Source: a virus
DNA length: 64,000 nt
IMG/VR virus record: IMGVR_UViG_3300032236_001191
Location: 1 to 64,000 of that record
Direction: 5' to 3' (one strand)
The notes beneath the pieces were generated by a model, which did not search any database, had not been told where the DNA came from, and worked only from the letters and a program-made list of their open reading frames with translations. Both the position numbers and the translations under genes were made by a program. This document shows positions 29,001-37,666 of the stretch, one piece after another. How positions within the stretch are numbered: position 1 is the stretch's first letter; the number at the start of each line of letters is the position of its first letter.

Positions 29001-29773
29001 GCGGTGGTAAGGGTGGCGGAACATTTATTGTTGACGAATTCAACAACCAGATGTACTTTGCTCGTGGCCTAGATGCTACACCTAACACCGGTGGCGGTGG
29101 AGGTGGTGGTGGTTCACTTCAGAACAACCTTCCATATACCCCTGTTACACATACTTCTGCAACAAACGCAGCAACATTTGAAAACTGGAACTCTGATTAC
29201 TACAAGTGGACAGGTTTGTATAACGCAACACCTATCCAGTCTTCTTCAGCAGCTATCGTTGCTGGTACATACGGAATGCAGGTTACCATCGGTGACGCTG
29301 GTGCAGCTAAGGTAGTATCTAACTGGCAGGAATTCCCAATTCTTCCTCGCACAATTCTTTACTTCCCAGCTGTAGGTTTCTACCTTGCAACTGCTCCATC
29401 AGGTGTAACAAGCCCATTGTTCCCAGGATTGTCAAAGCGCTGCCGTCCAACAGTACGTTGGAAGGATGCAACTAACACAATCATCCGTGAAGATCGCCCA
29501 GCATATGATGCGACATTCACATCACTATCACAGACCACTTACCTTGGACCTACAGCAGGTTACACACAGTCTGGTGGTTGGGCAACATTGCAGGCTCCTG
29601 CAAATGCTTACTTCTTTGATATGACTTACGAATTTGATTACTTTGACGGTGGTGACGTTGTCTACGTAGATAACGCAACAGCTGCTGTACAGTATCTTGG
29701 ATACGTAGGCGTCGGTGGTAACGGTGCTGATGGTTACGCTGTTGTTCGTTACTTCGACAAGACTTCACTCTAA
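26027..29773 (+). CDS. glycine-rich fibre/adhesin protein with inserted CBM-like and beta modules (1248 aa)
   Basis: FTASGTWTAPSGVT..LVGAGGGG N-terminus, GGNGADG..VVRY C-terminus, NPDF/GATYTVSAYV/WFDNIQVE CBM-like motifs. Confidence 0.8.
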   Translation: MAISAYKDVIVFPNDNSGRVNIKEQAFTASGTWTAPSGVTAAQVILVGAGGGGGGGSTSVAGGGGGGGQVVVQNLSVTPGTSYQINIGAGGQGGQTSLISATDTTSTLPGANGGTTTFGATTVWNYLTNPDFDYNILGWDPEVQYRFVTGVSAQTSVQVFPNSAGLVVGMYLLGTSLGSLTQITAITGNVLTLSVANSGAVNTLARFDMNNSQLVPANTTINVISSAGVDAITGTNTFAVNTPGSPYTNTLTGTTQPQILSNNLMPARLAQLEDPTLVSGSYIITQGVNAPTLSVTNAGMPAKITPEMTGAVTTTATAANGATTITVANAFGIYANMFIFASSGIATGTYVLSVSGTSVTLSAGVTGTLSASTVYFSYNSTVGNNALLAVTGAAVSAANPGWINFSTVNNTSNNSGSSSYVGGYQGIPWIPGATYTVSAYVSTNSNVSTSTPIIFQLRSAGWSYMAQSNINYLGGTGTYTPNTNTIDSGTANGFFVRQATAAAMTNYGASVTSTATGSSGSTQFVVANAAGVYVGMTITAVGVTVGTTVTSITGSTGSQTVTMSAVSTAPLSNTSVTFAMPSGVQILGSTVTTGQTGWRRIYATITTPSISAVSATATNNIYGLGSTPQFIYPTIVLEQPNTSFWFDNIQVELGSIPTTWQPPVYQQISSVSVQSVSNTTGNLETAHRPVRVNAGSPYSGSMYVTALGTNPLYYPIAAFLEWMDSDFNVISRTVGSNNFLPLLAQQTATVQMPNTTYPVRIGVTGSAPATASWVRLGFSVYQGARGAATAIQYNMFYPVLEAGSNSFTQPKRPDGINYFWSGQPGASALISGWTLAAEGGGGGGTYNSNNLHWQYGLEGGNNGGHSAVNAYNALTLAGGGGGSFSAGMPGQAWGTSGTNNTTNNPGSSTARTAGLYSHTFPLRGNLGGFAHWDGGANSPYIVGQGGDGGLGQQISGLTSGSALGLTLGGGGGGAGWGSTGSNQTYPGRGNGGGGKGGGTFIVDEFNNQMYFARGLDATPNTGGGGGGGGSLQNNLPYTPVTHTSATNAATFENWNSDYYKWTGLYNATPIQSSSAAIVAGTYGMQVTIGDAGAAKVVSNWQEFPILPRTILYFPAVGFYLATAPSGVTSPLFPGLSKRCRPTVRWKDATNTIIREDRPAYDATFTSLSQTTYLGPTAGYTQSGGWATLQAPANAYFFDMTYEFDYFDGGDVVYVDNATAAVQYLGYVGVGGNGADGYAVVRYFDKTSL

Positions 29774-29786
29774 GGAGAACATATAA

Positions 29787-30086
29787 ATGGCTAACTACGC
29801 TCTACTATCAAACAATAAGGTGGTACACCACCACATTGCAGCATCACTAGCTGATCTTGGAAACGATGCCCTAATCTACGAAGTTGTAGATGTATCAGGT
29901 ATTTATCCACAGCCTTCAGTTGGTTGGACACGTGAAGACGGCGTTTGGTTCCCACCACGCACCGTTGACAAGACTGACCTAATTGACGCTGAAGATATCT
30001 TCTCTAACCCAGCAGCTATCGCAGCAGCAGTTGCTTCAATCGAAGCCCCAAAGTCAGAATCATCAGAAGAAAAGAAGACTAAGTAA
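29787..30086 (+). CDS. fibre-associated small protein/chaperone
   Basis: MANYALL.NNKVV...P.VGWT..DG.WFPP pattern typical downstream of Gly-rich fibres. Confidence 0.65.
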   Translation: MANYALLSNNKVVHHHIAASLADLGNDALIYEVVDVSGIYPQPSVGWTREDGVWFPPRTVDKTDLIDAEDIFSNPAAIAAAVASIEAPKSESSEEKKTK

Positions 30087-30087
30087 A

Positions 30088-30498
30088 ATGTCAGTTACGT
30101 CTGTACCCGGTACGCTTGTTCAAAGCCAAGACACGGTCATTAGTAGTGCCCAGTCATCCCGGGTACAGACGTTCCCAAATTGCTCAGGAACCTTTAATAT
30201 TAACCCAACTGATGGTTCGTTTATTCAGCTGAACTCAATTGCAGCTAATACAACAATCAACTTTATCGGACTTCCTGGACAGTATACAAACTCTTCTGGA
30301 GTAACTTCCTACCGACCAACTGTTTGGTACGTAGAAGTTACAAACCGTGGTTCTAATACCGTAACGTTTAACGGTGTAACATGGGATGGTGGCTCAGCCC
30401 CAACTATCGTAACCACAGGACGTACAACACTAGTATTTACTTCGTTCTTTGGTAACACCATTAACGGAGCTGCGCTTTATAATAACCTAGCTTCTTAA
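30088..30498 (+). CDS. fibre domain protein (WDGGSAP paralog 1)
   Basis: VTWDGGSAPT...F.S; ATG 30088 follows the upstream stop. Confidence 0.7.
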   Translation: MSVTSVPGTLVQSQDTVISSAQSSRVQTFPNCSGTFNINPTDGSFIQLNSIAANTTINFIGLPGQYTNSSGVTSYRPTVWYVEVTNRGSNTVTFNGVTWDGGSAPTIVTTGRTTLVFTSFFGNTINGAALYNNLAS

Positions 30499-30506
30499 GG
30501 AGTACC

Positions 30507-30962
30507 GTGCCTTTTTCATCATATCCTGATCTTTACGTTGCAGGCACCCTTGCGTACAATACCTCGGCAGCTTCAGCTCAAAAGACTACATTTACAAATC
30601 CAAGTGCAAACCAGACTGTAAATCCTTTGGCTACCCCCTATGTCAAGGTCTTTAAGCCAACCACAGCTATTACTCTTAACTACGATATTGCATCTAACTT
30701 TGTTGGGCCACAGGCGTATATCCCACTAAGAAACGTAACTTACACAACTAGCTCAACAGCTACTGGTTACTCTTGGACAGTTGAATACGTACCTAATACT
30801 TCAGGTCAAACACTAAGCTTTGGCGTAACACTTCCTGCTTCAGGAACATCTATCGTATGGGATGGCGGTTCTGCACCTTCTGGACCAACAACATACGCTG
30901 TATATCAGTTCTACACTCTTGATGGCCTTAACATTAAAGCAAAGGTATTGGTGAACTACTAA
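30507..30962 (+). CDS. fibre domain protein (WDGGSAP paralog 2)
   Basis: IVWDGGSAPS...YQFYTLDG; SD AAGGAG. Confidence 0.7.
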   Translation: MPFSSYPDLYVAGTLAYNTSAASAQKTTFTNPSANQTVNPLATPYVKVFKPTTAITLNYDIASNFVGPQAYIPLRNVTYTTSSTATGYSWTVEYVPNTSGQTLSFGVTLPASGTSIVWDGGSAPSGPTTYAVYQFYTLDGLNIKAKVLVNY

Positions 30963-31807
30963 TGGGTCTTACCTCATATCCACAGCCAGTACAAAAGAGT
31001 ACCCAGGCTTACATTAACGCTGGAACTACCTACACAGGTCAGTATTCAGTAAACAGCTCTCCTGTAGGCTCATCTATTACTTTGTCTAACCCTGCTTCAG
31101 GTTACGGATACTACTCAATCCCAACAAGCATAACAACAACCTTGTCTTGGGGTACACAGCTTAACCAGACTTACGGCTCAACTTGGTATGCAGAAATCTA
31201 TGTGCCTACATTGACTGTATCCACTACTGTTGCTACTTCAGTAACAGCCACTGTTAACGCAACTGTAAACTCAGGAGCTACAACTTTTACGGTAGCTAAC
31301 GCAACAGGTATTGCCTCAGGCTTAGTTGTAACTGGCCCGGGTATTGCTAACGCTACTACTGTTTCCTCTGTTGTTGGTACAACAGTTACAATTAATAATG
31401 CTACAACTGTAACCCTATTTCCAGGAGCTCAGCTTAACTTTACCCCTTCAGGTACAACTTGGCCAATTGGAACTACAGCCCTTCCCCTAACAAGCACATC
31501 TAACATCGTTACTGCTGCTACATACGGAACTCAGCCAACCTGTACAGGTCTTGCTACAAACAGCTATGTTACAAGCACAGGTAATAACGCTGTTGCATTG
31601 TCAGCTGCTACAACAGGTACCGTTACAATCGGAGCTACCTTTACAGCTACCCCAAGCATTACTTGGACTGGCGTTCTATGGCACAACAACGTTGTTCCAA
31701 CTCAAGCTCTTGGAGCACGTAGCCTTTACGAATTTTTCTCACCAGATAACGGCACAACTATCTACGGTCGCCAGATTATGGCTAACCTAGCTGGAGCTGG
31801 TCTCTAA
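30962..31807 (+). CDS. fibre domain protein (paralog 3, with insert)
   Basis: VLWHNNVVPT...YEFFSPDNGTTIYG. Confidence 0.7.
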   Translation: MGLTSYPQPVQKSTQAYINAGTTYTGQYSVNSSPVGSSITLSNPASGYGYYSIPTSITTTLSWGTQLNQTYGSTWYAEIYVPTLTVSTTVATSVTATVNATVNSGATTFTVANATGIASGLVVTGPGIANATTVSSVVGTTVTINNATTVTLFPGAQLNFTPSGTTWPIGTTALPLTSTSNIVTAATYGTQPTCTGLATNSYVTSTGNNAVALSAATTGTVTIGATFTATPSITWTGVLWHNNVVPTQALGARSLYEFFSPDNGTTIYGRQIMANLAGAGL

Positions 31808-31825
31808 CATATTAAGCGGGGGCGC

Positions 31826-32884
31826 ATGAAAGTAGCAGTATACTCGATTGCTCTAAACGAAGAAAAGTTCGTTGAGCGTTGGTATGAAACAGCCAAAGAA
31901 GCAGACTACCTATTGATAGCAGATACGGGGTCTACTGACCGTACCGTAGAGCTGGCACGTGAGCTTGGAATTGTTTGTGTTGAGATCTCTGTTAAACCAT
32001 GGAGATTTGATGACGCACGTAACGCTAGCCTAGCTTTACTACCTGCTGATATAGATTACTGCATAGCTTTAGACCTAGATGAGACCATACAACCAGGCTG
32101 GAGAGCAGAGCTTGAGGACGCCCACAGAAGGGGTCTTACAAGGCCTAGGTACATGTTTACAACGACTTTTAACGCCGATGGTAGTCCAGGCCTACAGTTC
32201 AGCGGAATACGCATCCACGCCCGTCATGGGTACCGTTGGGTCTATCCTATCCATGAGCTTCCTGAGGCCTACCGTATAGATGAAAAGTCCGGTTGGACTA
32301 ACATTAATATCGAGCATCATCCGGATCCTAGTAAATCTCGGAGCCAGTATCTCCCATTACTCTTAGAAGCTGCACAAGAAAATCCTGAAGATGATCGCTG
32401 TGCTTTTTACCTTGGGCGTGAACTTTACTTTGCGGGTTTATACGAGCAAGCTACGTCAGAGTTTAAACGGCATCTAGGATTAGAAAAAGCTACCTGGGCA
32501 CCAGAGCGATCAGCTAGCTGCAGGTATCTTGCAATGACGGATATAGAAAACGCAGAACAATGGTTATTAAGAGCTCACCATGAGGATCCTAGCCGCAGAG
32601 AACCTCTTGTAAAGCTAGCTCAGTACTACTATGATCATAAAGACTTTGGAGCAGTAAAGCATTGGGCACAACTAGCGCTAGAGATCTTGGAAAAAAGCTT
32701 AGATTATTTTTGTGAGGCTTGGGCGTGGGATGCTACCCCGCATGACCTGCTAGCTTTGGGGGCATACTACACCGAAGATTACAAATTAGCCTATAAACAC
32801 GGTGAAATTGCTCTGGGGTTAGACCCGTCAAACGAGCGTTTTAAAGTTAATATGGGATACTATCTGAGCAAGATTTCTTCATAA
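31826..32884 (+). CDS. GT2 glycosyltransferase with TPR repeats
   Basis: IALNEE, DTGSTDRT, FDDARN, LDLDE, IHE motifs; C-terminal TPRs (FYLGREL). Confidence 0.92.
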   Translation: MKVAVYSIALNEEKFVERWYETAKEADYLLIADTGSTDRTVELARELGIVCVEISVKPWRFDDARNASLALLPADIDYCIALDLDETIQPGWRAELEDAHRRGLTRPRYMFTTTFNADGSPGLQFSGIRIHARHGYRWVYPIHELPEAYRIDEKSGWTNINIEHHPDPSKSRSQYLPLLLEAAQENPEDDRCAFYLGRELYFAGLYEQATSEFKRHLGLEKATWAPERSASCRYLAMTDIENAEQWLLRAHHEDPSRREPLVKLAQYYYDHKDFGAVKHWAQLALEILEKSLDYFCEAWAWDATPHDLLALGAYYTEDYKLAYKHGEIALGLDPSNERFKVNMGYYLSKISS

Positions 32885-32893
32885 GGAGCTTCA

Positions 32894-33238
32894 ATGGCTA
32901 CCAGCTATCTAATTCTTGGGCAAGCAGCCCCAACATCAGGAAACACAGATCTTTACTCTAGCCCAGCGGCTACTCAGACTGTAGTTTCTACTATTACTAT
33001 CACAAACGTAACAGGTACCTCTGCTAACGCAAGCATCTATGTTCGTAAAGCTACCGGAACTACCCCAGCAACAGCCTCAGCAGCTAATGCCATAGCCCTT
33101 GCGATGCCAGTCCCAGCTAACTCACTTCAGACTATTACTATCGGTTTAACTCTTGGCGCATATGACACCATCTCAGTTGGATCAGGAACATCAAGTGCGC
33201 TTACATTCCAAGCATTTGGAAGCCAGGTAACTGCATAA
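32894..33238 (+). CDS. small beta-sandwich fibre adaptor
   Basis: MATSY.ILGQ..P...LY..P...VVSTI...F.AFGSQ. Confidence 0.7.
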   Translation: MATSYLILGQAAPTSGNTDLYSSPAATQTVVSTITITNVTGTSANASIYVRKATGTTPATASAANAIALAMPVPANSLQTITIGLTLGAYDTISVGSGTSSALTFQAFGSQVTA

Positions 33239-33444
33239 TGTCACGCCGTCAATTTCCTGAAAGTGAAGAGCGCCTGGTAGTTGATCAAACAACCAGTAAC
33301 GTTATTGCTGATCCTACAGCTACAAAGGTAGTATCACCAGCAACACCTACAACCGGTGCCCTTCGCAATATTTATGCATCTACCTCTGCACCCTCAGACT
33401 CTACCGATGGAGCAGATGGGGATATCTGGATTCAGTACGCCTAA
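33238..33444 (+). CDS. short fibre linker
   Basis: C-terminal LRNI..STSAP...GADGDIWIQY motif. Confidence 0.7.
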   Translation: MSRRQFPESEERLVVDQTTSNVIADPTATKVVSPATPTTGALRNIYASTSAPSDSTDGADGDIWIQYA

Positions 33445-34569
33445 ATGCCAGCAAAAATAAAGGTAAACGGTACCTGGAAAACCTTCGGCATTGCCGACGT
33501 TAAAGTTAACGGTCAATGGAAGGTCACTAGCGCTGCCTTTATAAAAGTAGGCGGTAAGTGGAAAAAGTTTCTTCAAGGAAGCCTTAGAGATTTATTTGCT
33601 CGTACAGCCTCATCTTTAGGTACAAGTGACTCTGGAGCAGTCTGGACAGCAGTAAATGGAACTTGGTTTACAAATGGTTCTGCTGCACAATCAGACGATT
33701 CAGCCTCAAACTACTCTCTTGCAACTCTTCCCCTAGGATCTACTAGCGGCACCGTAGCTGCAAATGTTAGCCCGGGTACAGGAGTATCTTGGTGGGTAAG
33801 CTCTGCAGGATCTTGGTGGGCTAGTTACGCAACCGTAACAACTACCAGTACTGGTGGCTCAACTTGTAATAATGGTGCATGTTCAGGTAGCGAAAACTAC
33901 GCCTGTTATCAGGGCTATTCTACTTGCGATAATGGTGCTTGCTCAGGAACATACACTGTACCTACTCAGTATGGAACTTGTCAGTCTAGTCAAACTCCAA
34001 CTACAACGGGTGCGGGTAGTTATTCAGATTCTAACTTTAATGGTAATAGTGCTGCCTGTGCAGCACTTCAATCAAGCGTAGGAACTAACTGCACGTATTA
34101 TTTTAATGGTTTTGCAGGAAGATGCTCAATTAACTGTGCAGGAACAACAACTAACGTAACTACTTGGAACTATAATGGGTGTAGTTATAATGGGCAAGTA
34201 GTGGCTATTGGGGGTGGAGGAGTTCAAAACTGTTCTTGTGGTTCATACGCAACAACCTGCTCTAGAAGCTGTTCTTGTAGCTATTCTTCTTCTAGCACTT
34301 ATGCACTAAACATTGTAAGCTCAGTAAGCGGTAGCGTAACCTCTCAGGCTAGCGTAGCTCTTAGCGCACAGGCCGCAGCTCTTAGCGCCGTAGTTACCCC
34401 AAGCTCGATTACAGTTACGGCATACTCAGATTCTGTTGGAGGAACCTCTGTGGGTACTGCAACAACTACCCCATCATTCCCCATAACAACCGGAAGCTAT
34501 GGTATTATTAAGGCACCAAGTACTTCATCTCAAGGATCAACAGTTTCTAACTTTTCGGCACACCCATAG
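33445..34569 (+). CDS. putative adhesin tip with Cys-rich insert
   Basis: 3x KVxGxWK N-terminal repeats; 16 Cys in a central ~140-aa segment. Confidence 0.7.
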   Translation: MPAKIKVNGTWKTFGIADVKVNGQWKVTSAAFIKVGGKWKKFLQGSLRDLFARTASSLGTSDSGAVWTAVNGTWFTNGSAAQSDDSASNYSLATLPLGSTSGTVAANVSPGTGVSWWVSSAGSWWASYATVTTTSTGGSTCNNGACSGSENYACYQGYSTCDNGACSGTYTVPTQYGTCQSSQTPTTTGAGSYSDSNFNGNSAACAALQSSVGTNCTYYFNGFAGRCSINCAGTTTNVTTWNYNGCSYNGQVVAIGGGGVQNCSCGSYATTCSRSCSCSYSSSSTYALNIVSSVSGSVTSQASVALSAQAAALSAVVTPSSITVTAYSDSVGGTSVGTATTTPSFPITTGSYGIIKAPSTSSQGSTVSNFSAHP

Positions 34570-34578
34570 GAGAACTAA

Positions 34579-34824
34579 ATGGATAATCAAAGACCCGCAC
34601 GTCCGTGGGACTTATTCAATAAAAATATTGGAAGAGTTCAAACTGAAGTGGCAGCAGAAAGATTTGAGATCTGCAAGGCCTGCCCAGAGTATATTAAGAC
34701 AACGCACCAATGCAAAGAATGCGGCTGTATTATGAATGCAAAGGTAAAGTTACCAAATGCTTTTTGCCCACTAGGTAAGTGGGATGCAGTAACAGGACTC
34801 TACAAGGAGGAAACAAATGGCTGA
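34579..34824 (+). CDS. small Cys-rich protein (CxxC...CxxCGC...CPxxKW)
   Basis: RFEICKAC..QCKECGC..CPLGKW; SD AGGAG. Confidence 0.75.
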   Translation: MDNQRPARPWDLFNKNIGRVQTEVAAERFEICKACPEYIKTTHQCKECGCIMNAKVKLPNAFCPLGKWDAVTGLYKEETNG

Positions 34825-35089
34825 TGCACCTCAGTTGCCACCTATGCCGCCAATCAAGCTTGCCCTTATTTTAGATAATACAGTGGTAGATGTTCTGCAT
34901 GTTGATGAGCGTCTTGCTGCTATCTTTTTAAGCGACCCTATCATTAAGGACGTAACAACTACAGATGGCGTTTTAATTGCAGACGTTTACTGGAAGTATG
35001 ATCCAGAAACTAACTCATATATCCGCCCAGAAGTAGAAGACCTTAATTCCCATCCGGATATAGATTTACTTATAACAAATAAGGATTAA
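34817..35089 (+). CDS. fibre-associated small protein
   Basis: ALILDNTVVDV...WKYD, resembles 29787 ORF; SD AAGGAGG. Confidence 0.65.
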   Translation: MADAPQLPPMPPIKLALILDNTVVDVLHVDERLAAIFLSDPIIKDVTTTDGVLIADVYWKYDPETNSYIRPEVEDLNSHPDIDLLITNKD

Positions 35090-35091
35090 AG

Positions 35092-35748
35092 ATGCGTGGT
35101 GAACAGCGTGAGGGGCGTTTTGACATTATGAGCGAACGTGCCTCAATCATTAAAGGCACCACTGTAGAGCTCGTACGTACCGTTGGAAACACTGTTGAAT
35201 GGTGGATCTACGATGCCGAGGGTAGCCATATTGACCATATCTACGATGTTGGTTCTTCTATGCCCAATAGCGGTGGACGTCGTTGGATGGGACCCCTTAT
35301 CCTTCCGGTTATTAACTCTACCCTTACACAGGGCGCTACTATGCAAAACGACCGTGGTTTTTACAACACTGACGTTTTGAGCCTTACTATCAATATGGAT
35401 ATTATTGAAAAGGGAACTGACCTAGTTGGCTCTAATGCAGCTACTATGCCACATTTTCAAGATCTCCCAGATAATCCTGATGAGTTCTTGCGTGATCGAA
35501 TTGTATTTAAGGGTGAAGTATTTAGCCCTATTAAAATGAAACCTATGGGTATCTTGACTAATCAGTACACAGTATGGGGCGTAGATTGTGCCCAGGTTAA
35601 TGCTGAAGAAATGGTTAATGATATTCAGTTTCAAAAATATGCGGGATATATTGCTTTTGCTGACAATGTACTATCCACTGTTGATGAAGACCCAATAGTG
35701 CCTATAACTACGCCGGTAAATAATCAACGTTCCGAACTAAACCCTTAG
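35092..35748 (+). CDS. putative head-closure/neck protein
   Basis: G..V.WW..D...IYD.G, RGFY..D.L, DRIVFKG pattern; position. Confidence 0.55.
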   Translation: MRGEQREGRFDIMSERASIIKGTTVELVRTVGNTVEWWIYDAEGSHIDHIYDVGSSMPNSGGRRWMGPLILPVINSTLTQGATMQNDRGFYNTDVLSLTINMDIIEKGTDLVGSNAATMPHFQDLPDNPDEFLRDRIVFKGEVFSPIKMKPMGILTNQYTVWGVDCAQVNAEEMVNDIQFQKYAGYIAFADNVLSTVDEDPIVPITTPVNNQRSELNP

Positions 35749-35756
35749 GAGAATAT

Positions 35757-36035
35757 ATGTCCATATCGCATTTACGAGTACTGGTTGATACAGCTACTCC
35801 AACTATCTTGTCACTACCAGGTGATGAAGGTGGCCTTAACCTAACACTTCAAATTCAAAATCTTGGAACAGATGTTTTATACATAGGCGGTGCTGATTTA
35901 AGCCCAACAAGTTATGGCGTAAGTATTGTTCCTGGCGGAGCGGTTACCATCGATAACTTATCTCCAACAGATGAGGTATACGCACTAGCAAAGATTTCTG
36001 GTACATATGCTGCAGTGTTGAAGGTTCATCGCTAA
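35757..36035 (+). CDS. small beta-sandwich virion protein
   Basis: IQNLG...LYIGG....YG....G pattern; SD AGGAG. Confidence 0.65.
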   Translation: MSISHLRVLVDTATPTILSLPGDEGGLNLTLQIQNLGTDVLYIGGADLSPTSYGVSIVPGGAVTIDNLSPTDEVYALAKISGTYAAVLKVHR

Positions 36036-37336
36036 TGGCAAATATTCACTATTCAAATTCAGGCGGAGTAGGTCCACAAGGACCAGTAGGAGCTAAAGGT
36101 GACCAAGGAAATACTGGACCTCAAGGTGCTACAGGAAGCGTGGGACCAACGGGAGCGACTGGACCTAATGGGGCTACGGGAAATGTGGGAGCGACTGGAC
36201 CAACTGGTGCCACCGGATCCCCAGGAACAATAGGTGTTACTGGACCAACTGGTTCGCAAGGACTTTCCATCACAGGACCGACTGGTCCTACGGGAGCTAC
36301 GGGTCCAATCGGATACACAGGACAAACATCAACTGTTCCGGGACCAACTGGTCCAACTGGACCTACAGGTCCTGCGGGCGTAACCAATGTTCACGCTGCG
36401 GTTGTTGCTGCCACCACTGCACCCCTTAGCGGTGTTTGGACTTACCATGCAGGTAGTGGAGGCGCTGATGGTGGAACCGGTGTTGGTGCAAACTTTACAT
36501 CCACGACTGCAGGAACTATCGGCCTTGACGGACAAAATATTGCACAAAATGATCGAGTACTTATTAAGAACCAGGCAGATGCTAAGCAAAATGGTATTTA
36601 TGTAGCAACCCGTATGGGCGCTGGAGTAACTCCCATCCTTACCCGTGCTACAGATTATGACAACAGCACTGAAGGTCAAGTAGCTCAAGGTGATCAAATA
36701 CTTGTTCTTAATGGAACGCTAAACGGAAACAAAACTTTCTTTGAAAGTCTGACCGGAACTATGTCCGATTACAGCATTAAGATTGGCACCGACAATATTG
36801 TTTTTGCTCAAGCAGCCAGCCTTAATAACATCTCTACGGACGTACTTCCTGCCCTAGATAACACCTACAATTTAGGTTCAGATGCCCTTCGTTGGAAGTC
36901 TGTACACATTGGACCTGGAACACTATTTATTACAGATCAAACTACAAATACCCCAGCTAGTTTGACGGTTAATAACTCCATTCTTAATATCAACGGTATC
37001 TCTAACCTTAGCGCTCAATCAATTACTACAGGCGTTAGAACCACAACATCTAACACTGTACAGATTGACTACCTAGTTGACTCTATTGTCTTTGTTAGCG
37101 TAGCTGGGGGAGCCGTTACCTTTACCCATACTAACTACACTGCGGGTAAGGTAGTTAAGGTTATTGTTAACCGATATGCCTACACATCTGGGGCTCAAGA
37201 TAACCACGGAGTTGGCAGTACTCACGCCACCTCTGGAAACTCGTTCTTCTTGCCTACCCATAACACAGCAGAGTATGAGTTCACTTGCCTAGACGGTTCT
37301 AATGCAAACGTCTTTGTATCGGGAAAAATTAGCTAA
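36035..37336 (+). CDS. collagen-containing fibre protein
   Basis: GPT/GAT repeats, [22 protein letters not shown] tail-fibre motif, P..DNTYNLGS...RW. Confidence 0.8.
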   Translation: MANIHYSNSGGVGPQGPVGAKGDQGNTGPQGATGSVGPTGATGPNGATGNVGATGPTGATGSPGTIGVTGPTGSQGLSITGPTGPTGATGPIGYTGQTSTVPGPTGPTGPTGPAGVTNVHAAVVAATTAPLSGVWTYHAGSGGADGGTGVGANFTSTTAGTIGLDGQNIAQNDRVLIKNQADAKQNGIYVATRMGAGVTPILTRATDYDNSTEGQVAQGDQILVLNGTLNGNKTFFESLTGTMSDYSIKIGTDNIVFAQAASLNNISTDVLPALDNTYNLGSDALRWKSVHIGPGTLFITDQTTNTPASLTVNNSILNINGISNLSAQSITTGVRTTTSNTVQIDYLVDSIVFVSVAGGAVTFTHTNYTAGKVVKVIVNRYAYTSGAQDNHGVGSTHATSGNSFFLPTHNTAEYEFTCLDGSNANVFVSGKIS

Positions 37337-37476
37337 TGCCTTTTAAGTCCCAGTCTCAGCGTAAATGGATGTATGCTAACGATCCCAAGATGGCAGAAAA
37401 GTGGGAAGAACATACCCCCAAGGGTAAGAAGCTTCCTAAGAAGGTGAAGAAGAAGAGTGGCAAAAGTAAAGGTTAG
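37336..37476 (+). CDS. 46-aa Lys-rich microprotein (not in ORF track)
   Basis: [22 protein letters not shown]; TAATG coupling. Confidence 0.7.
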   Translation: MPFKSQSQRKWMYANDPKMAEKWEEHTPKGKKLPKKVKKKSGKSKG

Positions 37477-37666
37477 TGGCAAGGTCCACGTAGTAAAGAA
37501 GAATAAAAAAGGCGATGTTATCGTAGACCATGCGGGTAAAAATGATCCTAAATGGGATAAGATTAACCTCACTAAAGTAGCTGGGTCTAAGACTATTAAG
37601 GCTGGGGTTAAAGCAACCAAGGCCTACCATAAGACCCATCCCCACAAGAAGACAGGAACAAAATGA
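37457..37666 (+). CDS. Lys-rich microprotein
   Basis: ORF in coupled cluster. Confidence 0.6.
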   Translation: MAKVKVSGKVHVVKKNKKGDVIVDHAGKNDPKWDKINLTKVAGSKTIKAGVKATKAYHKTHPHKKTGTK

